A stretch of 63,957 nt of DNA, filler included, from Salisapilia sapeloensis CBS 127946 (Eukaryota > Protista > Oomycota), in the NCBI GenBank assembly GCA_023334545.1. It is 7 parts of 7 records of this genome, joined end to end, with 100 filler letters (N's around TTAATTAATTAA, not from the genome) between each part and the next. Parts side by side here need not be neighbours in the genome. Positions count along the whole stretch, not along the records: positions 37,658 to 52,311 come from JAADVB010000383.1; positions 52,412 to 56,220 come from JAADVB010000723.1; 5 more parts are not named here. The stretch is one strand, 5' to 3'. The position numbers and the translations under genes were made by a program. The notes under the pieces were generated by a model. That model saw only the letters and a program-made list of their open reading frames with translations. It did not search any database and was not told where the DNA came from. Below, piece by piece: positions 43,701-53,723 of this stretch (position 1 is its first letter; each line of letters starts with the position of its first letter).

Positions 43701-43998
43701 CACGCTCTTGCGCTGACAGTGTCGTGGACGTTGCCTTCCATTGCAACTTCAAGTAGTGCTTGAGCCAAATGACGGAGAGGAGGCGCAAATGGACGTCTGT
43801 GACGAGCAGATCGGCTTCCGGCAGCCGACTCGAGAGACCGAGCGATGAGAGCAGTTGGGCCAGAAAGATGCCACTCGGGGCCGACTTCTGCAGCGCGTGC
43901 AGACGGCTCTCTGCCTCGGCTCGCTGCGGCGCGTCTGGCTGCAAACTTGCCTGGAGAAGCTGTAATAAGGTGCCGACATGCTCTCGATGGTCCTGCAT
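40735..43998 (-). CDS. IPO11: Importin-11 (Kap120/RanBP11)-like karyopherin
   Basis: IBN_N-type N-terminus (QRAEAESRL...RLLSVIWLKHYLKLQW); WAEEPEQY...AAENLF; VLSYRIVWLVGCW. Confidence 0.75.
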   Translation of the reverse strand: MQDHREHVGTLLQLLQASLQPDAPQRAEAESRLHALQKSAPSGIFLAQLLSSLGLSSRLPEADLLVTDVHLRLLSVIWLKHYLKLQWKATSTTLSAQERAELRQTLLHAALVERDVKTARHLALIVAQIARSDFPIHWSSSDLFTPIFQGLLDSSAQPLAPERRQLEVGYCIVKELASRRLLAHRKSFASLSAELLPALLPVWADRAANWSAPLDIQDDSIDVSSKALSKVAKRLSTLLTCTKLVSTLLLYAFRELVPSQGGQLVVSALQQCHDQIQSLLQKRPTLLAELAAEEHEYVAETEVEDLIEGEKEREVVILADKCTSRVAELVGAIQKSYPLEFRSYLPAFLNIFWQILTTAAPSPTPSPGPPSAPKKLQIHTLAFFTNVFNCRLYKQESLRAHDAASVSIKVITAAGDVEVSDEMVQEGITAVSSFLSAPENGCERFETLLQVIVMQYMRLREDEDLSLWAEEPEQYNAVCESLTPADSVRAAAENLFLTLLQHFGDSTVPLLTQMTAAAASYLDAIAATGVSTDDDPRVLDMDAVLLALGLGCYDLHERFDFEPWFRAHLVSILVGSPSSPTNAAPKTTLGGYDGRPVLSYRIVWLVGCWLAQLSSEIRPPLYDALLKTGETAVNLRMNNSADADAALMLRVVGTVEAMLSDWGFDPEAFGPFVPRVLSLLQKLFLLFSHVDSRLKVLSCLETLVTYGGHQILPVVAQVSAPLPSMWASEGEGGDLVRSKVLQLLTRLIQRVKEQDDGDASVKQGLENMSLDVIKVATDVGNPERVHLMDSALELWLESLDIVSSYSEVMHQLYEHALTAVQNDYEHISVVLQITRKYVQLGGHTFWQTYHTSVSNLLAEVEGQVRSDPAKQCAMTVEKILALYPTDQVAEVMRVVHQLIQALAEYANKETTRQSESVIVAYANAVARGLSQHLELVLEQAFQRNQQVLGLVLHCMLKLFFGSATSSLPTVQRKVWAVAMASLLPRLDEYNLRSYIGQVLEASVETLDAEGSVVEQTEEERGVFRAAARHQQQQRERQVPPEEEAVVQLDLKAYVVGSMNEMYGRLGKDTMDAMLQDCENSVLQRLQA

Positions 43999-44242
43999 CC
44001 TACTTGGTGGTGATCGAAGTGGCTCGATGGCGCCGATCCATGGACATCACATATCGATGTTTGTATGTACATGTCCAGGAGGAGGGAAGGAAAGAAAAGA
44101 GAGCAAAGAAAAGATGCTGACGAGGAAGCGGATGCTGGACGCGAGTAGAGATGGGGCGACGAACGGAACGAAAGAGGCATGAACACGTCATTTAGACTAT
44201 ATGATCTACAGAAAGCATGTCGAGACCGTATTAATAGCGTCT

Positions 44243-45022
44243 TTATTTCTCTGTGGTGACGTATTGCCACGGAGATTGATGCGTGAGGGGCTGCACGAGA
44301 CTCAGCCACGTCAAGAGGTAGTTCGGAGAGACTTGTGGATGACTGTGGGTTTCTTGGGATAGCAGCAGTTGCATAGCACTTGCCGTTTCGCACGGATGAA
44401 TAAAGGAGAACGGCGTGTTTTCAATCGGATGATTTTCCATCGAAATGATTAGATCTTCCGGTCTCCCTTCGATCACTTCAAATCGGATAGGGGAGCCATC
44501 AGGACGGTAGAGCCGAAAGTAAAGGATGGGCGTTTCATAGATCGTGTGGAAAACGACGTGGTAGTCCACTAGAAGCGTATCGGTCGTAATATGCGTGTCG
44601 ATGGCGGCAGGATCAGGATCTGATTCCTCTTCCTGGAGATAGACATTCAGTATCGATCCAAAGTAGACGTACTGAAAAACTCTCGGGATACCTCCGGCAG
44701 ATCGCTTTCATCCGACCGAGCATGCGCTTGAAGCCGTTGAAAAGATTCCCACGAGCGTACATTGTTTCTCGATACAATATATGCATTCCCACGCAAATGC
44801 TATTCGCATCATATCGTATCGTATGAATCCACTTTAGGATCGCTGTATCCGAAAAGAACGTACTTTGCGAGGTCCTTCTCGCCATTCCCACGGCATCACG
44901 CCTGTGTCTAGTCCCTCTTGTGCACCTGAATGTCCACGCTTTCTCATAACGTCATTGGAAATGTCCACCAGCTCCTTCGCCTGCGCACAGAACGCATCAT
45001 ACGTGACTTGTCCTTCCATCAT
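44243..45022 (-). CDS. ATG10: Autophagy E2-like conjugating enzyme ATG10, 3 exons
   Basis: DYHVVFHTIYETPILYF, catalytic FIHPCET and NYLLTWLSLV. The N-terminal exon MMEGQVTYDAFC joins through two GT-AG introns. Confidence 0.8.
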
Positions 45023-45118
45023 CGAGAAGCCATGTCATACTTTATGCAAGTCTAAAAATAGTGGCAATATACGAAGAATATAACCAGATCGAGGAACACA
45101 ACTTCTTCCTCCTGTACC

Positions 45119-46756
45119 ATGTCTCCGACGACGGAGACGCTGCAAGCGTGGCTGCCGTATACAGGCGTTGGTGCTGTGCTCCTAGCCTCCAGCATAGCCT
45201 TTGTCATGTACGCTCAGCCAAAAGGCGGTAACCCACTACTCACACGAACACCTCGGTCTCCTGGCGTGACGATCGTGAACATCATTGCTGTTTTCCTTGC
45301 CTTGATCTGCGTTTTTACAGCTCCAGTTGATATCTTCCTCCTCGAACACTCCCTTCCACACGTCCATGCCAGCGTATCGGCCTTACGAACCTTATATCTG
45401 GTCTACTTTAGCTTCCTCCTTGTACATTCGTTCATCGGTGCGCCCTTTGCTTTTCATTATGCGCGTCAAACGGAGCTCATCCCCATCACTCAGATCCACA
45501 GCACATACGAGCGTTTTATGAAGGCTTTGCGCCGAACGCTCTGCTGGCTGCTTGGTCTTGCCATCCTACTCACGATGGCACTCATCCTGCTCTTGTGTGG
45601 GAAGCCAGCTAGCTCCGACACCGAGTGGCTCAAGCCTCTCCTGCACTTTGAGAACGATGCAGAGATGGGTCTCCGTCTTGTGATGGGCGTAGTACTGCTA
45701 GGAGGAATGTACATTTGGGTCGGTGTCACGAGCAGAGGCCTCGCTTCCATTCCCTTGACAGGTCTCCTGATGTCTCCTGTTCCAGATATCTACGAAAAGA
45801 ACGTCCAGGAGGAAGAGGAAGAAGTGGGAGAACCACAGAGTGAACGTGCATTCTGGAAGATGCATGCAGAGAATGAAGAGGAGATGATGTCTGCTAAGTA
45901 CATGGAAGAGACGCTGCTGTCCAAGTACTCTGATGACGAGTATATGAGTTTGGAAGATGAGCAACGACTAGCTCAGTTAAAGCAGACGGAGAAGAGATTG
46001 GAAGAGAAGAAGGTGGCGTTAGAAGAACGCATCCAGGCGTTCCGACGTCGAGGGATGCTGGCTATTATTCAGATTCCTCTGGGCGTCGTGACGTTGGTAT
46101 TATCCGTAGCGATTGTCGTATCAACAGCCATCACAACGTTGGATAAGCTGACGCACTCGGACTATGCGCACGGCTTTCTCCTGAACAAGCCGACGTTCCC
46201 GAATCCGTTGGACATACTGCTCGTGGCGTCGTCCAAGTGGTTCCCTCTGGACTATGTTATCTTTGGCATGGTCGCAACGTACATCATCCTGGTATCCATG
46301 ATCGCATTGAAGCGACATGGTCTCCGCTTCCTCTTCTGGAGAATCGCCAAGCTCCGTCCGAGGAAGACGAAGGGGTCGACATTGTGTCTCGTGACGCTAG
46401 TGCTCGTCTACGTCTCGATGGTCACACTCTTCAGTGCCTTGACGCTTGCACCTCAGTACGCCACATTCGGCCACCAAGTTTTCCGTCAAGGAGGAGAGAT
46501 GGTCCCATGCACATTGGCAGCAGCAGCCAAGGCAGAGAGCGGTGGAGGCATCCTGTTAGACTGTCGCATGAGTCAAGTAGCTCACTTCTATAATACGTTA
46601 GCAGCGAACGTCCCGTTGTTCGGCCTTGCTTTTTGCCTCGGTCAATTGGCATTCGTGATTGTCTACGTGCCCTTCTTCCTCCAGACATACTGTCAGAACA
46701 GTCAGCTTCCGGAAGTAGATCCGAAGAAGGAGAGGCTCTTAAGTAGCTACGCCTAA
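45119..46756 (+). CDS. LMBRD1: LMBR1-family membrane protein, lysosomal cobalamin transport escort (LMBD1)-like
   Basis: Multi-TM protein with APVDIFL, FPNPLDILLV...FPLDY and LAPQYATFGHQ motifs of LMBRD1. Confidence 0.75.
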   Translation: MSPTTETLQAWLPYTGVGAVLLASSIAFVMYAQPKGGNPLLTRTPRSPGVTIVNIIAVFLALICVFTAPVDIFLLEHSLPHVHASVSALRTLYLVYFSFLLVHSFIGAPFAFHYARQTELIPITQIHSTYERFMKALRRTLCWLLGLAILLTMALILLLCGKPASSDTEWLKPLLHFENDAEMGLRLVMGVVLLGGMYIWVGVTSRGLASIPLTGLLMSPVPDIYEKNVQEEEEEVGEPQSERAFWKMHAENEEEMMSAKYMEETLLSKYSDDEYMSLEDEQRLAQLKQTEKRLEEKKVALEERIQAFRRRGMLAIIQIPLGVVTLVLSVAIVVSTAITTLDKLTHSDYAHGFLLNKPTFPNPLDILLVASSKWFPLDYVIFGMVATYIILVSMIALKRHGLRFLFWRIAKLRPRKTKGSTLCLVTLVLVYVSMVTLFSALTLAPQYATFGHQVFRQGGEMVPCTLAAAAKAESGGGILLDCRMSQVAHFYNTLAANVPLFGLAFCLGQLAFVIVYVPFFLQTYCQNSQLPEVDPKKERLLSSYA

Positions 46757-47044
46757 GTTTCGGACGAGTACGTCTGGAAACCTAGGTAGCAGTGTCTTCC
46801 TTTGGATTGAGCAAATACGATTAGGACGGCGACAGTCTGCTTTTCACTTTATCTCCACTTGCTCTACTTTATAACGAATCAAATACATAGCCATGGGCTT
46901 CTTTAGTTGACAAGTACACTCTCTTACTCGTCATAGGAAGGTAGGGATCCTCTTTAGAAGTGGTAGGAGACATCGAATGCAGGTGGCATGTGCGTTGCCA
47001 TGTGAATGGAGGCTTTTGCCAGTTAAAAGCAAAGATGTGGTTCA

Positions 47045-48301
47045 TTATTGCGTGTTACGGTTGGCAGTCTGGTCCATCGATCCTTTCCGATCGAAGAGAC
47101 GCTTCTGCAGGCCGCCGAAGAGACCGGTTAGCTGCTTGTTTCCAGGACTCTTGGGACTCTTGACACTACTCGTCTCGCCTTCACTCACATAGTCGGACGA
47201 GAAGGTGTGGGGACGGACGTTGGACTCACGGACGCCAGTCTCTCTCGCACAGTCCGCCAGGAAGTTGTCGTAAGCCTGCTCTCGCGTGTGGAGAAGGGTC
47301 TCGGTGCGCGTTTGGCTCTCCTGCACCTTGGCGATGGCCTCTTCGAACTGCTTCTTAGCAGCAGTGTACTCCTTCTGGAGGGTCTCCAGCTCGTGCTTGA
47401 CGTCGAGTAGCTCCTTCTCCGTCGACTGGATCGTCGAAAGGGATTGCGATGACTTGGCGAGCTTCAAGGCCTTGAGTGAGTACTTGGCAGCACTGAGCCA
47501 GTTGTCTCCATAGACTGCTACGAGGTGCTTGCCCTTGTTCAGCGGGACGGTCGACTTGACCTCATACGTCGACAGTTTGGTGAAGACGTCTGGCAAATCC
47601 TCAGCATCTTCTGCCAGCTGCGGAGGAGGCCAAAGCTGCGACAAGTCCATGAACTCTACGTCGCTCGAGAGGTAGAGGTCGGATGCAGTGCTCTTCGGTC
47701 GCTTGATGCTCTCCTGCTGGACACGCACACCTCCTTGGTCGTCGAAGAGGACGATTTTGAATTTAGACTTGGAGGTCGATCGGCACTGGAGGACGACGCT
47801 CTGTCGGTCTTCTTCCAGATGAAGGTAGTAGAAGTGGGCATCCTGCTGGCCCACTCGACCTGTAGCTTCGACGCCGAACTGGAGATCGGTCACGTTGGGC
47901 TTGGAGGTCGCTGTGGAACGCTCATCGCACAAGTCTCTTGCGCCTGTGAGGACGGACTGGGAGATCTGAGTTGGAATCGGCATGCCGATGCGAGTGAAGA
48001 GAGCGCCAACGACTCGACCAAAGGTGTTCATAGAGTCCACGTCAACACTTTCAAAGTCCATTTCAGCACCTGCATCACCGGACACATCGTATTGACGGCG
48101 CTTGTTCGGATCCGAAAGCACTGCATAGGCCGTGGACACTTTTTTGAAATTGTCCGCAGCCTCCGTGTCTCCTGGGTTCCGATCCGGGTGATACTTTAGA
48201 GCTTTCTTCCGGTAGGCTGTCTTGATCTCCCCCTCGCTCGCGTTCTTCGTGACGCCGAGGACGGCGTAGTAGTCCGTCTTGGCTTCACTCTCTGCGCTCA
48301 T
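47045..48301 (-). CDS. DnaJ-domain protein resembling plant ARG1/DnaJ15-16
   Basis: J-domain (DYYAVLGV...KYHPDRN), then '[15 protein letters not shown]' and a C-terminal coiled-coil. Confidence 0.85.
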   Translation of the reverse strand: MSAESEAKTDYYAVLGVTKNASEGEIKTAYRKKALKYHPDRNPGDTEAADNFKKVSTAYAVLSDPNKRRQYDVSGDAGAEMDFESVDVDSMNTFGRVVGALFTRIGMPIPTQISQSVLTGARDLCDERSTATSKPNVTDLQFGVEATGRVGQQDAHFYYLHLEEDRQSVVLQCRSTSKSKFKIVLFDDQGGVRVQQESIKRPKSTASDLYLSSDVEFMDLSQLWPPPQLAEDAEDLPDVFTKLSTYEVKSTVPLNKGKHLVAVYGDNWLSAAKYSLKALKLAKSSQSLSTIQSTEKELLDVKHELETLQKEYTAAKKQFEEAIAKVQESQTRTETLLHTREQAYDNFLADCARETGVRESNVRPHTFSSDYVSEGETSSVKSPKSPGNKQLTGLFGGLQKRLFDRKGSMDQTANRNTQ

Positions 48302-48521
48302 ACTTAATTTCTCAGATTTTGATATGGATGGCTCCGCTATTTATCCAGTTAAATAGCGCGCACTTAACACCAGCTGAAGCCACTACGCAGCTGACAACAA
48401 ACAAAAAGAAAAGAGAAACAGAGACTTCTTTCTTTGGTTATGCAGAGCTCGGCCGATCCGACCGGAGCGACTACAAGGGAAAGCTAACGCGTTCTTCTTC
48501 GCTTCCCATAAGACAAGGTTC

Positions 48522-49850
48522 CTAGATCAACTCGGCGACGTCCATGGGCATCTCGTCAATCTGCGTGTTGTAGAACTGCTCAATGTCACGCAAGTACCTG
48601 ACATCGTTGTGCGTCAAAAAGTTGATGGCGACACCCTTACGACCGAAACGACCAGAACGACCGATACGGTGAATGTAGTTCTCACGGTTCGTCGGCAGGT
48701 CGTAGTTGATGACAAGCGACACCTGCTGCACGTCGATACCACGGGCGAGCAAGTCCGTCGTGATCAGGACACGAGAACTACCTGAACGGAACTCGCGCAT
48801 GATAATGTCACGCTCGCGCTGCTCCATGTCACCGTGCATGGCCGAGACCGTGAAGTCCTTGGCCTGCATCTTCTCTGTGAGCCAGTCGACCTTCCGCCGG
48901 GTGTTGCAGTAGATGATTGCCTGCGTGATCGTAAGCGTCTCGTACAGATCGCAGAGCGTGTCGAACTTCCACTCCTCGCGGTCGATGGCGATGAAGAACT
49001 GTCTGATACCTTCAAGCGTAAGCTCGTCACGCTTCACGAGGATGCGGACAGGGTCACGCATGAAGTTCTGCGTCACCTCGAGGACCTCCAGCGGCATGGT
49101 AGCAGAGAACAGAGCGACCTGCACCTTCTCCGGGAGGAAACGGAAGACCTCGTAGATTTGGTCCTTGAAACCACGGGAAAGCATCTCATCGGCTTCATCG
49201 AGACAGAAGAGACGAACCTCCTCCGTGCGAAGGGCGCGACGGTTGATCATGTCACCGACACGGCCAGGGGTACCGACGACGACGTGGACACCCTGCTGGA
49301 GAGTACGGATGTCGTCACGGACGGCCGTACCACCGACACAGGCGTGGACCTGGAGGCTCATGTAGTCGCCAATGGCCACAATAACCTTGACGATCTGCTG
49401 AGCAAGCTCACGGGTGGGAGCAAGAATAAGCGCCTGGGTCTCCTTGAGCGAAGTGTCAATCTTCTGGAGGATGGCGACCGTGAAGGTAGCGGTCTTACCC
49501 GTACCGGACTGGGCCTGGGCAATGCAATCGTGTCCAACAAGAATGGGCTTGACGGCACGCTGCTGGATGGCCGACGGCTTTTCGAAACCGTAGGCGTAAA
49601 TGCCTCGGAGAAGGTCTTCACGGAGCTCCATGGCATCGAACGAGTCGATGACTTCATCCCAGTTGGTTTCAATGTCTCCGTCGTTGACGGCGATCGCGCC
49701 ACCTTCTTCGGTAGAGGGCACTTGTTCACTAGATTGAACATATTCCGCAAATGCGGAAATAGAGAACGTGAGATATTGGAACGATCAAAGTGGTATTACA
49801 CGACTGGTGAAAATGGAGAAAAGTACTTACGGGCGTTCTTCTTCAGCCAT
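48522..49850 (-). CDS. EIF4A: Eukaryotic initiation factor 4A (DEAD-box helicase), 408 aa, 2 exons
   Basis: [46 protein letters not shown]. Exon 1 (MAEEERP, 49831..49850) joins through a 102-nt intron (49729..49830). Confidence 0.98.
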
Positions 49851-51598
49851 GGTTGTTCGTGGGGAGGTAAGAGAGGGAGGAGACGACGTACTGTTCGTCT
49901 CTTGCGGTGATTTCGTTGAGTGAGCCGACAGCGGTGAGGTCGAAATCGAATGGCTGGTGCATTGGGAGCTGAATATTTTTAGACGGGATGACTGCCGTTG
50001 TGATTTTCCAAACGAGAATGCGCTGCAACGCGATTCATGAAAAGCTATTTATCAGAAGCATTGGACAGCTGACTTAAAATTTGTACGCCGTCAGATGGTT
50101 TGGTTTATGAAGTCACTATAAAAAGGTTAAGTGTATACTATACAGGGTGAAAGATAGTGAAGTGAAGACAGGCAAAGTGTCTTTGGCATAGATGCTGCCA
50201 CCTGTACTAGGAAAGCTCTTGTTAATAAACTCGATTCTAAGCATGCTGTCTTTCGTCTCCATGTGAGTTTTTGCCCACCTCACAAATGTAACTTCAAAAT
50301 TGAAGCAGGTGGCAGGAAAGATGTAGGTTGCAAATGACAGCTACAGCTCCACTTGTGTATATTCAAGGAATGGCGATTTTAAAGTTGATCAGCTCTGATT
50401 TAACCATGTGCATGACTTGTCGTTATATGAGGAGGACCGAAGAAGATATCGCCGGTATCGATCTAGACAAACAGCGAGATACAGAGTTGGCATAAAGATA
50501 CGTTTGCCGCAATAACCATGGCGCTTAATGTGGAATTCCGGTCTATCGGCTTCATGCTCCTGAAAAACCCGCTACAGTCCATGCTGATGGGCTCAGAGTA
50601 AAATTTGTCGATTACCGAGTAGAGCAACCGAGAGTGCAATCAAAAAAGACTTTGGCATGGAAACAATTTTCATCGGAACCGCTCCGCTGTGCCCATTGTT
50701 AGTATTTATTTCTGCCAGCCGGACGAGTATAAAACAGTATATTGGGCACCTGAGGACGCCTGAGAACTGCGGAGCATCTACCGAACCATGACCGTGAAGT
50801 TTTGCAATTCGTCGTCTTACGCCCAGATTAGACGTTGCTTGTTTTACGAATTGCTCTCTCCTTCTGCGCTTCATACCAACTGCAATACTAAGTCTACACC
50901 CATGCAGTCTTAGCGGCTGTAGACTCCACTGTTAAACTTCGCATCATTTTACATCATGCTACTTCATACTGGTCGTGCTGCAGTAGCCGTGAAAATCTTC
51001 CACGAGTACTTGAGGTGCACGTAGGACAAAAGCGCACGAAGCTTGTCATTGGCACGAGATCATCATCCTTTTCTTATGCCCGCGTTCGCGAAAAAATAGA
51101 TGAATGCAATGGTGTAGCGAAAGATCTAAGGAACGATATAACGTTAAAAGATCGAGTAGTGATGTTACGCAGCCTTTATATGCAGCGGCAGATATGAGAC
51201 CAGATCATTGGCGCGATCAACTTAACGTGAACAGAGAGTGCTCGTGGGCAAGCCTAGTGCTTGGATAATACTTTGATCGGAAATTGGTGGTGATTGCAAC
51301 GAGAGAAAGCGATGATCCTCGATAGAAGATGATCAAAAAGATGGACCAGCAATTATACGTAGCCATATATAAGCGGAAATGTGATCATGAATAATATGAT
51401 CGAAGGAGGCAATGAACCGACGCTTGTAGCAATTTAGGTCCAATTTTCCATACGCCTCCATATTTAGCCTTTTTCTCATTTGTGGTCGATTATGCGATCT
51501 ATGGACGATGGCAACATCAGGATGAACATCTTGACTGCGTGATTATTGAACTTTGCGTAAAGGTACGAACGTATTGGGTCTGTACAGCTTTCGATTGT

Positions 51599-52311
51599 CT
51601 ACTTAGACCTTGTAAAGTATTCTTGAATCTGGGCGTGGGTACGGTTACCGGTCTCAGGAACGCATGCTACGATGAAGATGAACGCAACTACGGTACACGT
51701 GATGAAGGGCATGTAACGAAAGTCTCCAATAGATGTTGCCAAATAGGGATACGCAACACTGACAATTAGATCCGACACTCGCTGATTTGCCATGCTGAAC
51801 GCCATGCCTTGCGGGCGAATCGCGTCAGGAAAGATGTCGCTGGCGATGGCCCAGACAAACGGAGCCAATCCAATACCAAAAGAGAAGGCGTATGTAGACA
51901 TAAAGACGACGGATAAAACTGCTGCATCAGTTAGCAGAGATATCGTCATGCCCACGGCACTCAAGCCCATGCCAGCAACACCAGCTAATAGCATTCTCTT
52001 GTTTCCGAAACGAATGGAGAACAGGCCTGCCATCAGGATCGGGACGGCGGACACCAAGTTGACAACGGATACACCAATTCGATCGTCCTTGATTCCTGCA
52101 TCAGTAAAGACGTCTGATGAATAAAAAGAGACGATCTGAATGCCAGTCAATTGTCTCCCAAGCACCAATCCCATTGCTGTGAGGAACTGGACACGGTACT
52201 CCGGAGCCCAGATCGACGGTGCTTTGCGCTTTCCCGTCTCTCCGTCCACCTCTTCGCTCGACTCGTTATTCATAGCTGCTTTTTTGTTGTGCTGAGACTC
52301 GATCCACGCCA
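51599..52311 (-). CDS. C-terminal half of a third GLUT-like sugar porter; 5' half in the gap
   Basis: Paralog of 37658..38370; RQLTGIQIVSFYS, VPETGNRT. Confidence 0.9.
52171..52311 (-). repeat. 141-bp exact inverted copy of 37658..37798
   Basis: TGGCGTGGATCGAG...ACAGCAATGG is identical in both copies; they diverge immediately afterwards. Confidence 0.93.
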
Positions 52312-52411
52312 NNNNNNNNNNNNNNNNNNNNNNNNNNNNNNNNNNNNNNNNNNNNTTAATTAATTAANNNNNNNNNNNNNNNNNNNNNNNNNNNNNNNNN
52401 NNNNNNNNNNN
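52312..52411. other. Artificial contig spacer
   Basis: N44-TTAATTAATTAA-N44. Confidence 0.97.
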
Positions 52412-53723
52412 TGTAGATTATATGTGAAGACAAAGAACGCTTTCTTCATATCGGGCCGATTCTGCAGCACTTTACCTTTAGCTTCTTATACACCAAACCA
52501 GAAACATTTCTGATGAGAGGTTTTTGTGAAGGTAAAGATAAATAATGCGTTGCGAAATCTTTCTAACCTCCTCTTGTTGGAAACCGACTGCCTTCAGACC
52601 GAAATCGATCTCCACGTCGATCCAAAAAAGACGATGATTCCGACATGAGTTTCGAAACCAGCGACCGTGTAGAAGACTAGATAGTATCATTTCATTCACT
52701 TCGCGATTTGCCTTCTACTTCATAGGAGAAAAAAGAAAACCTACAAAAATAATCAAGCTTTATCTCATTTCCCAATATAATACCTCTATGGTCATCTTCA
52801 GTAGATTAATCTCTCTTTCATTTTGCACTTTTGCTAGATTTGGAAGTTCACAAAAGCAAGTAGGTCAACGAAAATAGACAAAAGTGAATACCTCCATTTT
52901 CCTTTAAATGTTGGTCAGCAACATAGTTGACTTCACGATATAAGTACTGCATGTGCCAATCATCGGTATCATCGTCACATACCAACTAGGACTTAAAGAA
53001 TGAATAAAATATGAAAGCAGTTGGTAAATTGCAGTTATAATACTTACTGAGGGACTATCTACCGACTCTGAACAGGTACAACACCTTCGAAAACCATCAA
53101 CTTCCACACCACTTCTAACTGAAAATCAATGGTCAATTATTGCAATTATTCATCGATTGGGATTTCATAGCCCAAACAACATACAATTTTATTGCCACGA
53201 ACCTTGCGACAGATTGGCATAGACGCCTGATTCGATCATGTTCGCCCTCTGCCGACTAGAAGTCAAACTCTGAAATCTTTTAATATGGGTAGTTCAACTT
53301 CCGCTATAATCCCGCAGTTACTATGTATAGTTTGGGGCTAACAGTACCAAACGAAGAATATTCTTTTGTCACCATCTTTAGCATGAAACGATCGAAATGC
53401 GACACCAGGGTGAAACGGCCATCTATGTTTAATAGTAAAAACTTATTTTAGAACTCAGACTGAGAGATATCCACTTTGCAAGCGAGGTTGAGTTTCCAGA
53501 TGAAGTACATGCGCTCATACTAGACGACTTTTCACCCCACTCATAACTTAAGTCCGTTTAGAAGGATATGGACTTCTTGCCATATAAATTTAGCCTTCTA
53601 CCAGCCAGTAGATGAACTTCAATGACACTAAAAATATACTCTGAAATGGTCTCTGTCGATCAAGATTCATTCAAGAATATTCCCTCTACAACGAAGCAGC
53701 TTGGTCTTTCATTCATCAAGTAT

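Noticed and set aside
7993-43998. Two importin-beta family genes in one window as a possible functional cluster
   Set aside because: They belong to different subfamilies, lie about 30 kb and four gaps apart, and are ordinary housekeeping genes.
47525-48199. 224-aa plus-strand ORF, and similar antisense ORFs at 11665..12225, 26481..27167, 41597..42202 and 42377..42991
   Set aside because: Each lies fully antisense to a well-supported gene and has no recognisable motifs.
48834-49910. 358-aa plus-strand ORF
   Set aside because: Antisense shadow of eIF4A; strong codon bias suppresses stops on the opposite strand. No independent domain.
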